The position numbers and the translations under genes are program-made. The notes below the pieces were generated by a model that worked only from the letters and a program-made list of their open reading frames with translations, searched no databases and had not been told where the DNA came from. From Polyangiales bacterium (GTDB lineage: Bacteria; Myxococcota_A; Polyangia; Polyangiales; JADJQN01), in the NCBI GenBank assembly GCA_964202905.1, contig CAXNJO010000003.1:128001-192000 (forward strand): DNA of 64,000 nt, written 5' to 3'. Below, in pieces: positions 9,045 to 18,950 of this stretch. The number at the start of each line of letters is the position of its first letter. Position 1 is the first letter of the stretch.

Positions 9045-12000
9045 TCAGGGAATACAGCGAGATTCGAGAACTCTCAGGCCGGACCCATCGGAATACACGA
9101 TATCCGCATAGCCATCTGCGTTCACATCCACGATTTGGTTGATCGCACTGCCAGCGAACATTCCAATCAGTGAGAGAGACGGTGTTCCCGAAACATCGCG
9201 CGCGAGGTAGACGCGAACCTCCGTTCCCGTGGACAGGGCTACGTCGGTTCGGCCATCGCGATCGATGTCACCGACCGCCAGAGATTCGCCGTTCGTTGCT
9301 GGCGAGACCCGTCAGTCGATGCGCAGGAGACGTTGCAAGGGTGCCGAGTGAGTTGAGGTAGATGGCAATTCCTCGGGTGGATGTCCGAGAGAACGCAAAC
9401 ACGTCTTGATCGCCATCCCCATCAATGTCCCCAAAGCGACACTCTTGATCAACGCCGTCGGACGCCCAGACTTGCGACCCAACTCCCGCGCTCGACAGTT
9501 GGTAGATTCGGGTGGGTTCGGCACCGCCGCAGCCTCCGCTGCCGCAGGCATCGACGCCGCATGTAAGCAATTCAAGTCTGGCATCGGCATTCACGTTGGC
9601 GAAATCCGCGTTTCGTACCGGATGTGACACCGCCCAAACACTCGACGCAGCGATCGTGCCGCCTGACGCTAGGTACATGGAACTGCGTGTTGGTGTAGGA
9701 GGCATACCGCCTTGATTGATGATGAACACGTCAGCGTCACCATCGCGATCGAAATCCGCTGCCGCGATGCCGGTGTTCCAAGCCGTCCCTGTTTGCCAGG
9801 TGACAGCGGTACTTACCCCTGAGATGGTCTGTTCGTAGAACCGACTACGGCCGCTATATCCGGCAGATGGTCCATCGCAATCGGCGAAAAATACGCCCGG
9901 AAGCCCGTCTCCGTTGACATCGCCGAATGAGATACCGGTTGCGCAAGTGTACGCCGTAGGCTCCGACCAGAATTCCGTTAGCGTCGTTCCCGCGCGCCGA
10001 TAGAGTCGACGTCGTGAAGCCACCCCTGCCAAATCTAGGTCGCCATCTCCGTCGAGGTCGAAGAAGCGAGGGAGTCCAACCGCTGGAAGGGTGAGGCTCG
10101 TTGCAGCGAGCGTCACGCTCGCGCACCCCTCGCGCAGGCAGACACTCGAGCACCCATCCCCGTTCACCGATATTCCCGTCATCACATGTCTCGCCGCTGC
10201 CCAACGATGCCGTCACCGCAGCGGACGGCGCAGACACCGGTGTTGCAGCTCTGGCCGGTCGCGCAGGGGATGCGCGGAGAAGCCGAGTCCATCAGCGGTG
10301 CAGGCCTGGCGGGCGGTGAGGAGGCCCGGGGTGCAGAGCGCGGTTGCGGCGCTGCCGGGCGAGCACTCGCGCGGGGTGCAGGTGCCGGCGCCCGTGCAGG
10401 CGTAGCCGTCCGGGTCGCGGCGCCGGTGCAGGCGGCGGACGTGGCGCCGAGGCCGTCGGCGTTGCAGAGCGCGGCGGGTGTTGACGTGCCGTGACAGCGA
10501 GTAGGCGCCGGGCGTGCAGGCCCACGGCGCGCAGACGCCCGCGGTGCAGGTCGCGCGCGAGGCACCGCAGGCCGTCGTCGGTGCGGGCGAGTCCATCGAC
10601 GTTGCAGACGCGGCGGACTCCGTCGCTCAGCGCACGCTCGTGCTGCCGGGCGTGCAAATCCAGGCGCCGCAGAGGCCCGTCGCGGTGTTGCAGCTCATGC
10701 CGCTCGGGCAGGTGCTCGTGGCCGAATAGCTCAGTCCATCGGCGCTGCACGTGCGGCTACCCGTCGTGCCGACGCACATCGGCGTGCTGGGCGCGCAGAG
10801 GCGCGTCGTGCAGGTGCCCGTGCCCGTGCAGGTCTGCGTGTCGCTGCACGGCGCCGCGGTGTAGCCGAGCCCGTCGGCGTTGCAGACCTCGCGCCCGCTG
10901 AGCCCCGCGGTGGCCGCGCAGCGCGCGCTGCCGGGCGTGCAGATGCGCGGCAGACACGTGCCGCCGGAGCAGCTCTCACTGCCCGCGCACGCGACGGTGG
11001 AGTAGCCCTGCCCGTCAGCGTCGCAGACTGGTCGCGCCGTCGAACTCACACACGTCCCGTCGCCCGCGCCCGGAAGGCACGTTCGCGCGGTGCACGCGCC
11101 GGCGCCGAGACAGGCGTAGCCATTGGGTTCCGGGCCCGTGCAGGGAGCCGCGGAGGAGGCGAGCCCGTCTGCGTTGCAGACCTGGCGCGAGTTCACGTTC
11201 GAGCATGACGCGGTGCCGGGCGTGCACGCCCACGGCATGCACGCTCCCGCCGAACAGGTGCTGCTCTCGGCACATGCCATCTCGGAGTAGGTTCGACCAT
11301 CGGCGTTGCAGACGCGTCGCGTATTTGTTCCGGCGATGCACTCCGCTCTCGCCGGGGTGCACTCCCACTCGGCGCACATGCCTGTCGCGGAGTTGCAGCT
11401 CTGGCCGCTCCGGCACGCGGTGGTGCTCGTGTAGTTCAGGCCGTCAAACCGACAGGCGCGTGTGCCTGTTGAGCCAACACACTCGGGAGCGTCGGGGGTG
11501 CAGATGCGCGTCGAGCACACTCCCGAACGGCACGACTGCGTGTCAGGGCACGGTGACGGGGCGAAGCTTAGCCCGTCCGCGGCGCAGGTTTCGCGACCCG
11601 TGAGCGAACCGGGCACACAACGCGTGCTCCCCGGCGTGCAGACGCGCGGGAGACACGCGCCGCCCGAGCAGGTCTCGGTCGCGGCGCATACGGTCGTCAC
11701 GTACGACTGCCCGTCGGCGGAGCAGACCTGACGTGCACTGGGACTCGCGCACGTCGCCGCATTCGAGCCGGGGACACACATGCGCTCGGTGCACACGCCA
11801 TCGCCGAGGCAGACGTAGCCGTTCGGGGCGCTCCCGGTACACGGCGCGCTCGATGCAGAGAGTCCATCCGCATTACAACCCATGCGTGAGTTGATGTTGG
11901 TGCAGGTGTAGGTCCCCGGTGAGCACGCCTGAGGAATACAGCGGCCACCCGAGCATGAATCACCGTCGTCGCAGGGCGTATCGTTCCACTGCAGTCCATC

Positions 12001-12642
12001 CTCTGCGCAGACCTCACGCGCTCCGAGTCCGCCCGTCGTACAGCGGGTCTCGTTGGGAGTGCAGATTCGTGTTCGGCAGAGTCCCTCACTGCACGATTCT
12101 TCTGCGGCGCAGGCAGTCTGGATGAAGCGCTCGCCCCGCGCGTCGCATTCTGCGGTCGCGGTCGCCGTGGCGCATCGCACGGCGCCCGGAACGCAGAAGA
12201 GCGCGACGCACGCACCGTCTTCGCAAATCTCGTCCGCGCTACACGTAGTACTGCAGGCGCCGCAGTGGCGAGGATCACGAGATGTGTCGGCACAGCGCAG
12301 CTCACCACGGCTGCGACATACCGCGGTGCCGGGGGCGCAGCGCACGCCGCAGACGCCGGCGTTGCACGCCTGGCCCTCGGTGCATGCATTGCCACAAGCG
12401 CCGCAGTCTTGGGCGTCGCCGAGGACGTCGACGCAACGGGTGCCACACGCAGTGAGGCCCTCGGGACATGAGTCGTCTGCGTAGACGGCACGAATCGCTG
12501 GATCGCGCGTGGGGGGCGGAGGCGTGACCCAACCGGCGTCGCTCGTGAAGACGATGTCTTCCGGATCGCATCCCGCGAGCAAAGCGCCGAGGAGCACAAG
12601 CACATGAGCGCCGAACGTGGGTTTCCCGTGATGGCGTGTCAT
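9045..12642 (-). CDS. Cys-rich surface lipoprotein (paralog 2) with FG-GAP/VCBS beta-propeller tip; several frameshifts
   Basis: Lipobox LLAGC; CVD...DCGACGNAC motifs; long CTPG..CNADG stalk; CAVRCGDGIVG..ETCDDGN; repeats DLDGDGDLDL, GDVNGDG, ADFDRDGDAD, GDIDGDGDQD, GDIDRDGRTD, DVNADGYAD. Manual reading ends LESRCIP* at 9045. Confidence 0.8.
10636..11016. repeat. ~380-bp near-identical repeat shared by paralogs 2 and 3 (copy A)
   Basis: Matches 19886-20266 (offset 9250) with one mismatch seen; similarity extends to about 10593 with indels. Confidence 0.9.
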
Positions 12643-13835
12643 CGGTCACACCTCTCCTGGCAGCGGTCGAATTCGGGAAGACATCTGGTGACGATAGCGG
12701 CGGGGTCCGACACGGAGCATGCGTCGGCGACGGTCCTGCAACGCGCATGACAGGCGCGTGCGGCTTCGCGTGCCGCCGCAGTCGCACGCTCTGTCTGGAC
12801 TCGTCTTGCCTCCTCCCCAGCGCGTCGAGCCTCTTCTGCGCGCCGCGCTTCTTCCGCTGCGCGCTCCTCTGCGAGACGTCGGGCTTCCTCTGCACGTCGC
12901 GCTTCTTCGGCTGCGCGCTCCTCAGCCTCGCGCTGTACCTGTTCCGCACGGGCATTGTCGGCACGCTCGCGCTGGTAGTCGGTGAGGATGGTCGAATCGG
13001 GAATGGCAGCCACGAGCGCGTTGATCGAGCCGCGCCTATTTGGAGGACCTGCACGAAGGAAGGCGACGACGTCGGCGGCGAGACGCTCTCGTGTCGAGGC
13101 GGGCTGTGCGCCCAAGGCTGCGATGACGTCCTGTTCGGAGACGGCTCGGGGGAGCGCGTCGCGCTCCATGCGCAGCCAGGCGTCCCGGAGCGGATGCTCG
13201 GTCGTGTCCGGTAGTGCCCCGACGAGCGCGGCGTAGCGCGCGCGGATGCTCGCGAGAGGGGCGCCGTGGTTGCACCCCGCGAGCGCCTCGAGGAAGGCCG
13301 GGCGCCCCATGGCGGCGGGCGCTCGCTGGATGTGTGAGGTGACGGCGGGCGAGTCCACGCGGTCACAGAGCCAGGGGCCGAGGGTGGCGGCGTCGCCGCG
13401 CGTGAGGCGTGCGTCGTCCGCGCGCGTCGCGAGGACACGATCCGCGGGGAACTCCCGTGCGAGCCCAAGAATCTCGGAGACGGGCGTGGCCGGCGCGTTG
13501 GCGCGGGCTCGGAGCGCGCGGACCATGGCACCGAGCAATGGCTGCAGCGCGGGTGGAGGCGTGGCGACGAGCGGCCACGTCTCGCCTGTCTCGTCGTCCA
13601 CGTAGACCGCGGGGCGCCGATGGGCGTCGAGCGCGAGCGGGACGGCGGCGCGGCACGCGGAGAGGTCGCCGCCTTGGCAGGCCGTGGCAAGCGAGGCGAG
13701 GCGTTGTTCGGCAGATTCGTCGCCACGCGCCTGCTGTGATGGGGTGATCGCGAGGAGGAGCGCGAGGACCGCAATGAATGCGCTTGGTTTTTGCAACTGG
13801 GTTCTCTGTCGCGCGACGGAGTCTTCAAAGGACAT
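12639..13835 (-). CDS. Secreted helical protein with E/R/A-rich coiled coil and Cys-containing tail
   Basis: Signal-like FIAVLALLLAITPSQQARG; EERAAEEARRAEEARR repeats; CHARC...C...C...CQERC; ATGA overlap with paralog 2 start. Confidence 0.7.
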   Translation of the reverse strand: MSFEDSVARQRTQLQKPSAFIAVLALLLAITPSQQARGDESAEQRLASLATACQGGDLSACRAAVPLALDAHRRPAVYVDDETGETWPLVATPPPALQPLLGAMVRALRARANAPATPVSEILGLAREFPADRVLATRADDARLTRGDAATLGPWLCDRVDSPAVTSHIQRAPAAMGRPAFLEALAGCNHGAPLASIRARYAALVGALPDTTEHPLRDAWLRMERDALPRAVSEQDVIAALGAQPASTRERLAADVVAFLRAGPPNRRGSINALVAAIPDSTILTDYQRERADNARAEQVQREAEERAAEEARRAEEARRLAEERAAEEARRAEEARRAGEEARRVQTERATAAAREAARACHARCRTVADACSVSDPAAIVTRCLPEFDRCQERCDR

Positions 13836-15623
13836 GACGCACTCCGATCTGGAGGCTCAGGATGGGCTGATAGCCATCGAGGAACTCCGTGCGGTACACG
13901 CGAATCCCTACCTGCTGTTCGAGGCGCCAGTGACCGCCGAGGCGCTCCGAGATCACGAGTGCGGCTTCGCCCGAGGGGATGAGGTAGGCGTCGAGTCGCT
14001 GCGCGACGCTGTCCGCGTCGATCGCGGCCTCCGTGCGCACCACGCTCGGTCCTCCGGAAAGCTGCAGCCCGAGGCCCATGATGCGACCGAGACGCAGGGT
14101 GAATCGCACCTGAGCTTCGACGCCCAGAAGGGTCGCTGCGCCCAACCCGGCGTCGCTTCCTGGCGTGTGGAAGACGGGTAGAGAGAGCCCGAACGACCAC
14201 GGGCCGTACGTCACACCGCCGTCGATGCGGGCTTGGAATCCGGCAAAACCGGGATCTTCAGCGGAGACGCCGATGCTCTGCAAACCCAACACATCACCCC
14301 CGAATGGGATTGCGTAGCCGCCTGCGATGCCGAGAAACCCGTGCCAGCGCGTGACCGTAATCGCGCGTTCGGCCCCCTCGGTGAGCGGCTGTGTCTCCGC
14401 CCACCGGGTCAGACTTGCGAGCGTCGCCGCGTCGATGGCAGCGGTGTCGGCGCTCGTCGCGATGCCGGACTCCGGAGCAGGAGGCCCAGCCGCGTCGACC
14501 GGGCCAGCCGGCCGCGGCATCGAGGGCGCGGCTCCGGTGTCGATCGCAAGGGCAGGCGCCGCTCCGGGGTCGGGCTGCGCAGCAGGGGAAGGGGTCGCGA
14601 CGGCGGCTGCGCGGAGTGAGACCTGGCGCCGGCTCGATCCGCGACGTGGCGGCCCGTCGCCGGGAGGCGCCGCCGTCGATGTCGTCGTGGACTCCCGACC
14701 TGGCGCGTACGAGGGAGGCGCCGGCGCGGGTGTCTGCGCAGACGGGATTGGAAGCGATGGCGGGTCCACGGGCTCCGTGGCGCGTCTGCTCGACGCCGGG
14801 GCGGGAGTTGGGGGCGCGGGCGGCGGCGCGGCGGCTCGCGCAGGCGCTGCTGCCGCCTCGGCCGGCGGGGACGGCGCGGTCGCAGTAACGGCGGAAGCGG
14901 GTGGAGGCGTCGGCGGAGCGGGCACCGCGATCGAGGGCGCGGGCGGCGGTGTGTCGGCGGGCGGCGTCGGCGCGGCGGCTGCGGCGCGCGGGCGGCGGTG
15001 TCGCGGCGGGCGGCGTCGATGCGAGTGTTGCGGTCGCGGTCGCGGGCGGCGGAGGCGCTCGAGGCGGTCGCGGACGCCGCGGCAGGCAGCATGGGCGCGG
15101 GAGGCGTCGGTGTCGGAGCCTGGGGCGCGCTGCGCGGCGTCGGCGCGGGAGGCGACGGTGTCAGCGCCTGAGGTGCGTTGCGTGGCGCCGTCGTGGGAGG
15201 CGTCGCGGCAGGGGCTGACGTCGCGGCTCGCGGTGTCGGCGCGGGAGGCGTCGATGCGGGGGCTGGCGTCGCGGCCCGCGGCGTCGGCACCGGTGCGGGC
15301 GCTGCGGGACCGTAGCCGTAGGAGGGAGTTGTCGCGCTGCCGGGAGCGGGGCCGTAGCCATTGGCGGGAGGGGTTGAACGGACCGGCGCGGGGGCCGGTG
15401 CCGTCGCGGGCCGTGCACCCTCCTCATCGCGTGCACGCTGGAGGTCGCGCTCCAACTGCGTGGCCCAGTCTACCGACTCGCGCGGCCGGCGTCGCGGCGA
15501 ACTCTGCGCCCTCGCTCCGTCGGCGAAGCTCGCTCCGAGGAGGATGAACATCAACGTCGCGACTGCGAGCGACCGCACGCGCGAACCGAGTCGCGCGGCG
15601 GGATACACCGTATCGTGGGGCAT
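13825..15623 (-). CDS. Exported Pro/Ala/Thr-rich protein with probable C-terminal outer-membrane beta-barrel; frameshift near 15.0 kb
   Basis: MPHDTVYP...LAVATLMFILLGASFADGARAQ signal; PAPTPR repeats; amphipathic beta-strands ending ILSLQIGVRHVL. Confidence 0.65.
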
Positions 15624-15669
15624 TGGGATCACCTTCCCGACAGGTCGCGCGTCGCGCGTACCGGGGGCT

Positions 15670-18282
15670 TCACTCGAGGGGAAGCGACACGAAACGCGAG
15701 AGCGACCAACTCGGGAGTTCCGGGATGGTCGTCGTCGCGGCCAGCGCCACCGCGCGGAGGATGGCGGGCGACGCGGGCGGCGTCGCGGCGGGCGCGGCCT
15801 CCGCGGCGCGCTCGTCACGGCGCCGACGGCGGCTGGAGGAACCCTCGTCCGCGTCGCTGCGCGCCGGAGCCGCCGAGGTCGGCGCATCGTCGCTGAGCGG
15901 CGCGTCGAGCGAGGCGGCGAGCGCGTTGCGAACGGCCGTGTCGTTCTCGAGGAAGGCCTCGGGATCGCTGGTGCGCACGTCGATGCCCGCGAGGATCTTC
16001 CAAGCGTTGTCGCCGAACGCCGACGCGAGCATGCTCCATTGCAGCAGACGCCGCGCGAGTGGGACGCGCGTTTCGATCTGCTCGACTGATGCCTCCGGCG
16101 TCGGCATCGCCATCGTGCGGAGGAGGCTCTCGCATTCGCTGTTCGCATCGCGCTCACCGAGCGCGTGGCAGAGGAGCATGAAGCGGCTCAGCGTGCCCGG
16201 GTCGACCCGCACGTTGGTGCGCGGCGCGCCGCACGCAGGCGCGTCGTCGCTGCCCGGACACGGAGCGGGGAACTGCGCGAGCAGTGCGCGACGCGTCGCG
16301 GGGTCGATGACGCGGCTCTGCTCGAGGACACGCACGGCCTCCGTGACGCGTGCGACCACCGCGGCGGGATCGGGCGAAGGGGGCCACGCGCTCCGCGCCA
16401 GCTTGCGTTCTTCCTCCCAGCGCGCGAGCAGCGCAGTCGCGGGTTGCAGTGCGCTTGCGGCGTCGCGAATCGCGTTCCAGGCCGCGCGTGTCGGCATTCC
16501 CTGTCGTTGTCCGAGCGCGGTCGCGGCAGCAAAGAAGGAGACCGGGGCGATGCGGCTCGCGATCTGCGCCAGGGTGATCGGGCTCGACACCGAGAGACCG
16601 ACATCGATCTTCGCGAAACGACGACCGGGGACACGCACGATCGCCAGCGGCGAACGGGTGTCGAGGGAGGCGCAGACCTCGCGTGATCCGACGCGACCGT
16701 CGAGGTCGTCGATGGTGACGAATACGCTGCTTACGGAACCGGGAACCGTGTACGGATTTCCCGAAGGAGCGCCCGTCGAGGCCGTGGTGACGAGTCCGCC
16801 GCTTTCGGAGCCTGGGTCCGTCGCGACGTCCGGGCTCGCCAGGCTTCCGAGATCGAAGATCGTCGCGTCGGGCGCATAGGCGAGGGCAACCCCGGTGATG
16901 GCCGGGGTGTACTCGACGGGTACCCGTATGCGCACCTGCATCTCGAATCGGTCGTCCGGCCCCAAGGCCGGGCTGTCGTCTCGCTCGCTCGCGCCGGCGA
17001 CGTCCTCGTCGGGTGCGGTGAAGCCGACCTCGACGATGCCCACGGCAAGCGGCTGGAACCGAAGTTCCATCGTCCCTTCGCTGCGGCCGCGGGAACTCAG
17101 CACGCGGAGCGCGAGCGGCTCGGGGCGAGGTCCGGCGCTGCTTGCCACATACAGAGGGCCGAGAGGAACTTCGAATGTCTCTCCGGCGGCCGCTTCAGGT
17201 ACGACGACTTCTTCGCGCCCGAACACGATGTTCGGTGCCGTGGTGTCCGCGAGGACGATGGATTGGCTGAGCAGCCGCTGTCCGCTCGTGTTTCTGCAGC
17301 GCAGGGTGAGTCCGAACACCTCACCCGCCTCGTGGATGCCGTTGTCGGCTCCAGGCCCACTCCGGTCGTACGTTCGAAGGAGGTTGGATTCGCAACTGAA
17401 CGGCGCACCACTGCTCGAGGCCTGGCCGAAGACGGGTGCGCCCGGGCGTAGCGCCGGAGCCCTGGCTGCCCGCGATGTGAGCGCGCCGCGCGCCGCTCCG
17501 ACGAGGTCGTTCCGCTTGGTCCAGTATCTGCCGGGCACATCCGCGGGCACGATCGGCGCCGTGAAGAGCGTGGTGAACTGGCTCCGCAGGAACGGGTCCT
17601 CGTTCACCATCGTGATCGCGGCCGTCACGAGCGCAGGGACATCGGCATCGGTGACGCAAACCTTCTGCGCGTAGGCCTCCGCGAGCGCCCACATCAGGCC
17701 GTCCTCCACGCGCGGGACCGATGGGTTCGCCGGGGCGAGCAGCGCCTCGCTCGCGTCGAAGAGCGCACGGATGGTCGGCTCGGACGCGGTCATCTCGCCT
17801 GCGCGGCGCGTGAGGAGCGGATGAAGCGGCAGCAGGAGTGACTGTGCGGCCCGCGCCCGGGCCCGGGCCGCGTTCACGGTCGTACCCGAGCTGCACAGGA
17901 CCTCCCGATCGCGCGATGTGCCGAGCTGAGCGAGCGTCCGTGACGTGACCTCGCGGAACACGGCCTGCAGGCTCGGGTTTGCCTCCGCGATCGGCCAGAG
18001 ACTTTCGACGTCGATCGAACTCGGTGCGGAGCCTTGCGGCATCGGCGCGGGCGCTGCGCCCCCCCAGCCTTGCGGCATCGGCGCGGGCGCTGCGCCCCCC
18101 GACGCCGGGTCGCCCGAGCGGGCGGTCCCCGTCGCCCAGCGCACGCCGTTGGTGGCACCCGTCGGCAACGAAACACTCGCGCCGCCGCACGCCGCGAGCA
18201 GCGTCAGCGCGGCGCCGACGCTGAATACATCTCTTCCGACCGCCCACCCACGCTTCCAACAATTCGCCGTCTCGGTGCGCAT
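15670..18282 (-). CDS. Large hypothetical lipoprotein (870 aa)
   Basis: Long ORF with lipobox LLAAC, duplicated GGAAPAPMPQG, and an Ig-like-looking beta region (DNGIHEAGEVFGLTLRCRNTSG). Confidence 0.7.
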   Translation of the reverse strand: MRTETANCWKRGWAVGRDVFSVGAALTLLAACGGASVSLPTGATNGVRWATGTARSGDPASGGAAPAPMPQGWGGAAPAPMPQGSAPSSIDVESLWPIAEANPSLQAVFREVTSRTLAQLGTSRDREVLCSSGTTVNAARARARAAQSLLLPLHPLLTRRAGEMTASEPTIRALFDASEALLAPANPSVPRVEDGLMWALAEAYAQKVCVTDADVPALVTAAITMVNEDPFLRSQFTTLFTAPIVPADVPGRYWTKRNDLVGAARGALTSRAARAPALRPGAPVFGQASSSGAPFSCESNLLRTYDRSGPGADNGIHEAGEVFGLTLRCRNTSGQRLLSQSIVLADTTAPNIVFGREEVVVPEAAAGETFEVPLGPLYVASSAGPRPEPLALRVLSSRGRSEGTMELRFQPLAVGIVEVGFTAPDEDVAGASERDDSPALGPDDRFEMQVRIRVPVEYTPAITGVALAYAPDATIFDLGSLASPDVATDPGSESGGLVTTASTGAPSGNPYTVPGSVSSVFVTIDDLDGRVGSREVCASLDTRSPLAIVRVPGRRFAKIDVGLSVSSPITLAQIASRIAPVSFFAAATALGQRQGMPTRAAWNAIRDAASALQPATALLARWEEERKLARSAWPPSPDPAAVVARVTEAVRVLEQSRVIDPATRRALLAQFPAPCPGSDDAPACGAPRTNVRVDPGTLSRFMLLCHALGERDANSECESLLRTMAMPTPEASVEQIETRVPLARRLLQWSMLASAFGDNAWKILAGIDVRTSDPEAFLENDTAVRNALAASLDAPLSDDAPTSAAPARSDADEGSSSRRRRRDERAAEAAPAATPPASPAILRAVALAATTTIPELPSWSLSRFVSLPLE

Positions 18283-18506
18283 CGTCTTTCACTCCGTCGT
18301 CGTGCGCCCCGGCGCGCGACGACGGCGAGGAGAGTGTGGGATCTTCCAGGATTGTGTCTACGGTTTTCGGGGTCGGGGTCCCGATGAGCGGGGGGCGGGT
18401 CTCGTCGGCGCGCGCGCTTCGGGACTTTTGGCCATCGCGAAGGATGTCGTGCTGCCCGACCGCTGCCGCGCCTCGTGACAGCCAGCCGGCTGGCCGTCTG
18501 GGCGCG

Positions 18507-18827
18507 TCAATCCCAGCGGAAGGCGATGCCGAGGTCGGCCATCGCGAGCATCGCCTCGGCGTTGCCGCGCGCGTCGTCGACGGGATGATGCGTGTGCGGT
18601 GTCTGGCGGAGCTTGCGGAAGGTCTGGCGTGGGTCCTTGACGAGTCCCTTGTAGAACGAGCCGAGGTTCGCGGATGACCAGCCGAAGGGGCATGCGCCCG
18701 TCGCCACGATCCCCGGCGCCTCGGGCACGCGCGGGAGCGGCGGCACCATGTAGTGCTGATGCTCCTCGCACGGCCCCGTCGTGTTGAAGTACTTCGGAAT
18801 CGGCGGATAGACGCGCTTCTCGACCAT
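18507..18827 (-). pseudogene. In-frame chimera: first 42 aa of the ATPase fused to the C-terminus of a DEDDh-type 3'-5' exonuclease
   Basis: MVEKRVYPP...APGIVA, identical to the ATPase start, then TGACPFGWSSANLGSFYKG...HTHHPVDDARGNAEAML (ExoIII-like HxxxDDA). Confidence 0.7.
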
Positions 18828-18849
18828 GACCGCGCGCAGCGTATCACCG
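18701..18849. repeat. 149-bp direct repeat, copy B
   Basis: Identical by eye to 8558-8706. Confidence 0.95.
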
Positions 18850-18950
18850 CGGCGCGCGAGGGTGCCGAGGCGTCCTGCCTACGCGCAGGAACGCTCGGTG
18901 CGGCGAGTCAACGCTGGGAGTACAATGACAACTGGCGGGAACGACCAGAC

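Larger units (their letters stand above)
8707..18849. mobile_element. Candidate ~10.1-kb inserted or duplicated segment bounded by ATPase-end repeats
   Basis: 149-bp direct repeats at the boundaries, truncated genes at both inner edges, patches of lower GC. No integrase or transposase seen. Confidence 0.45.
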
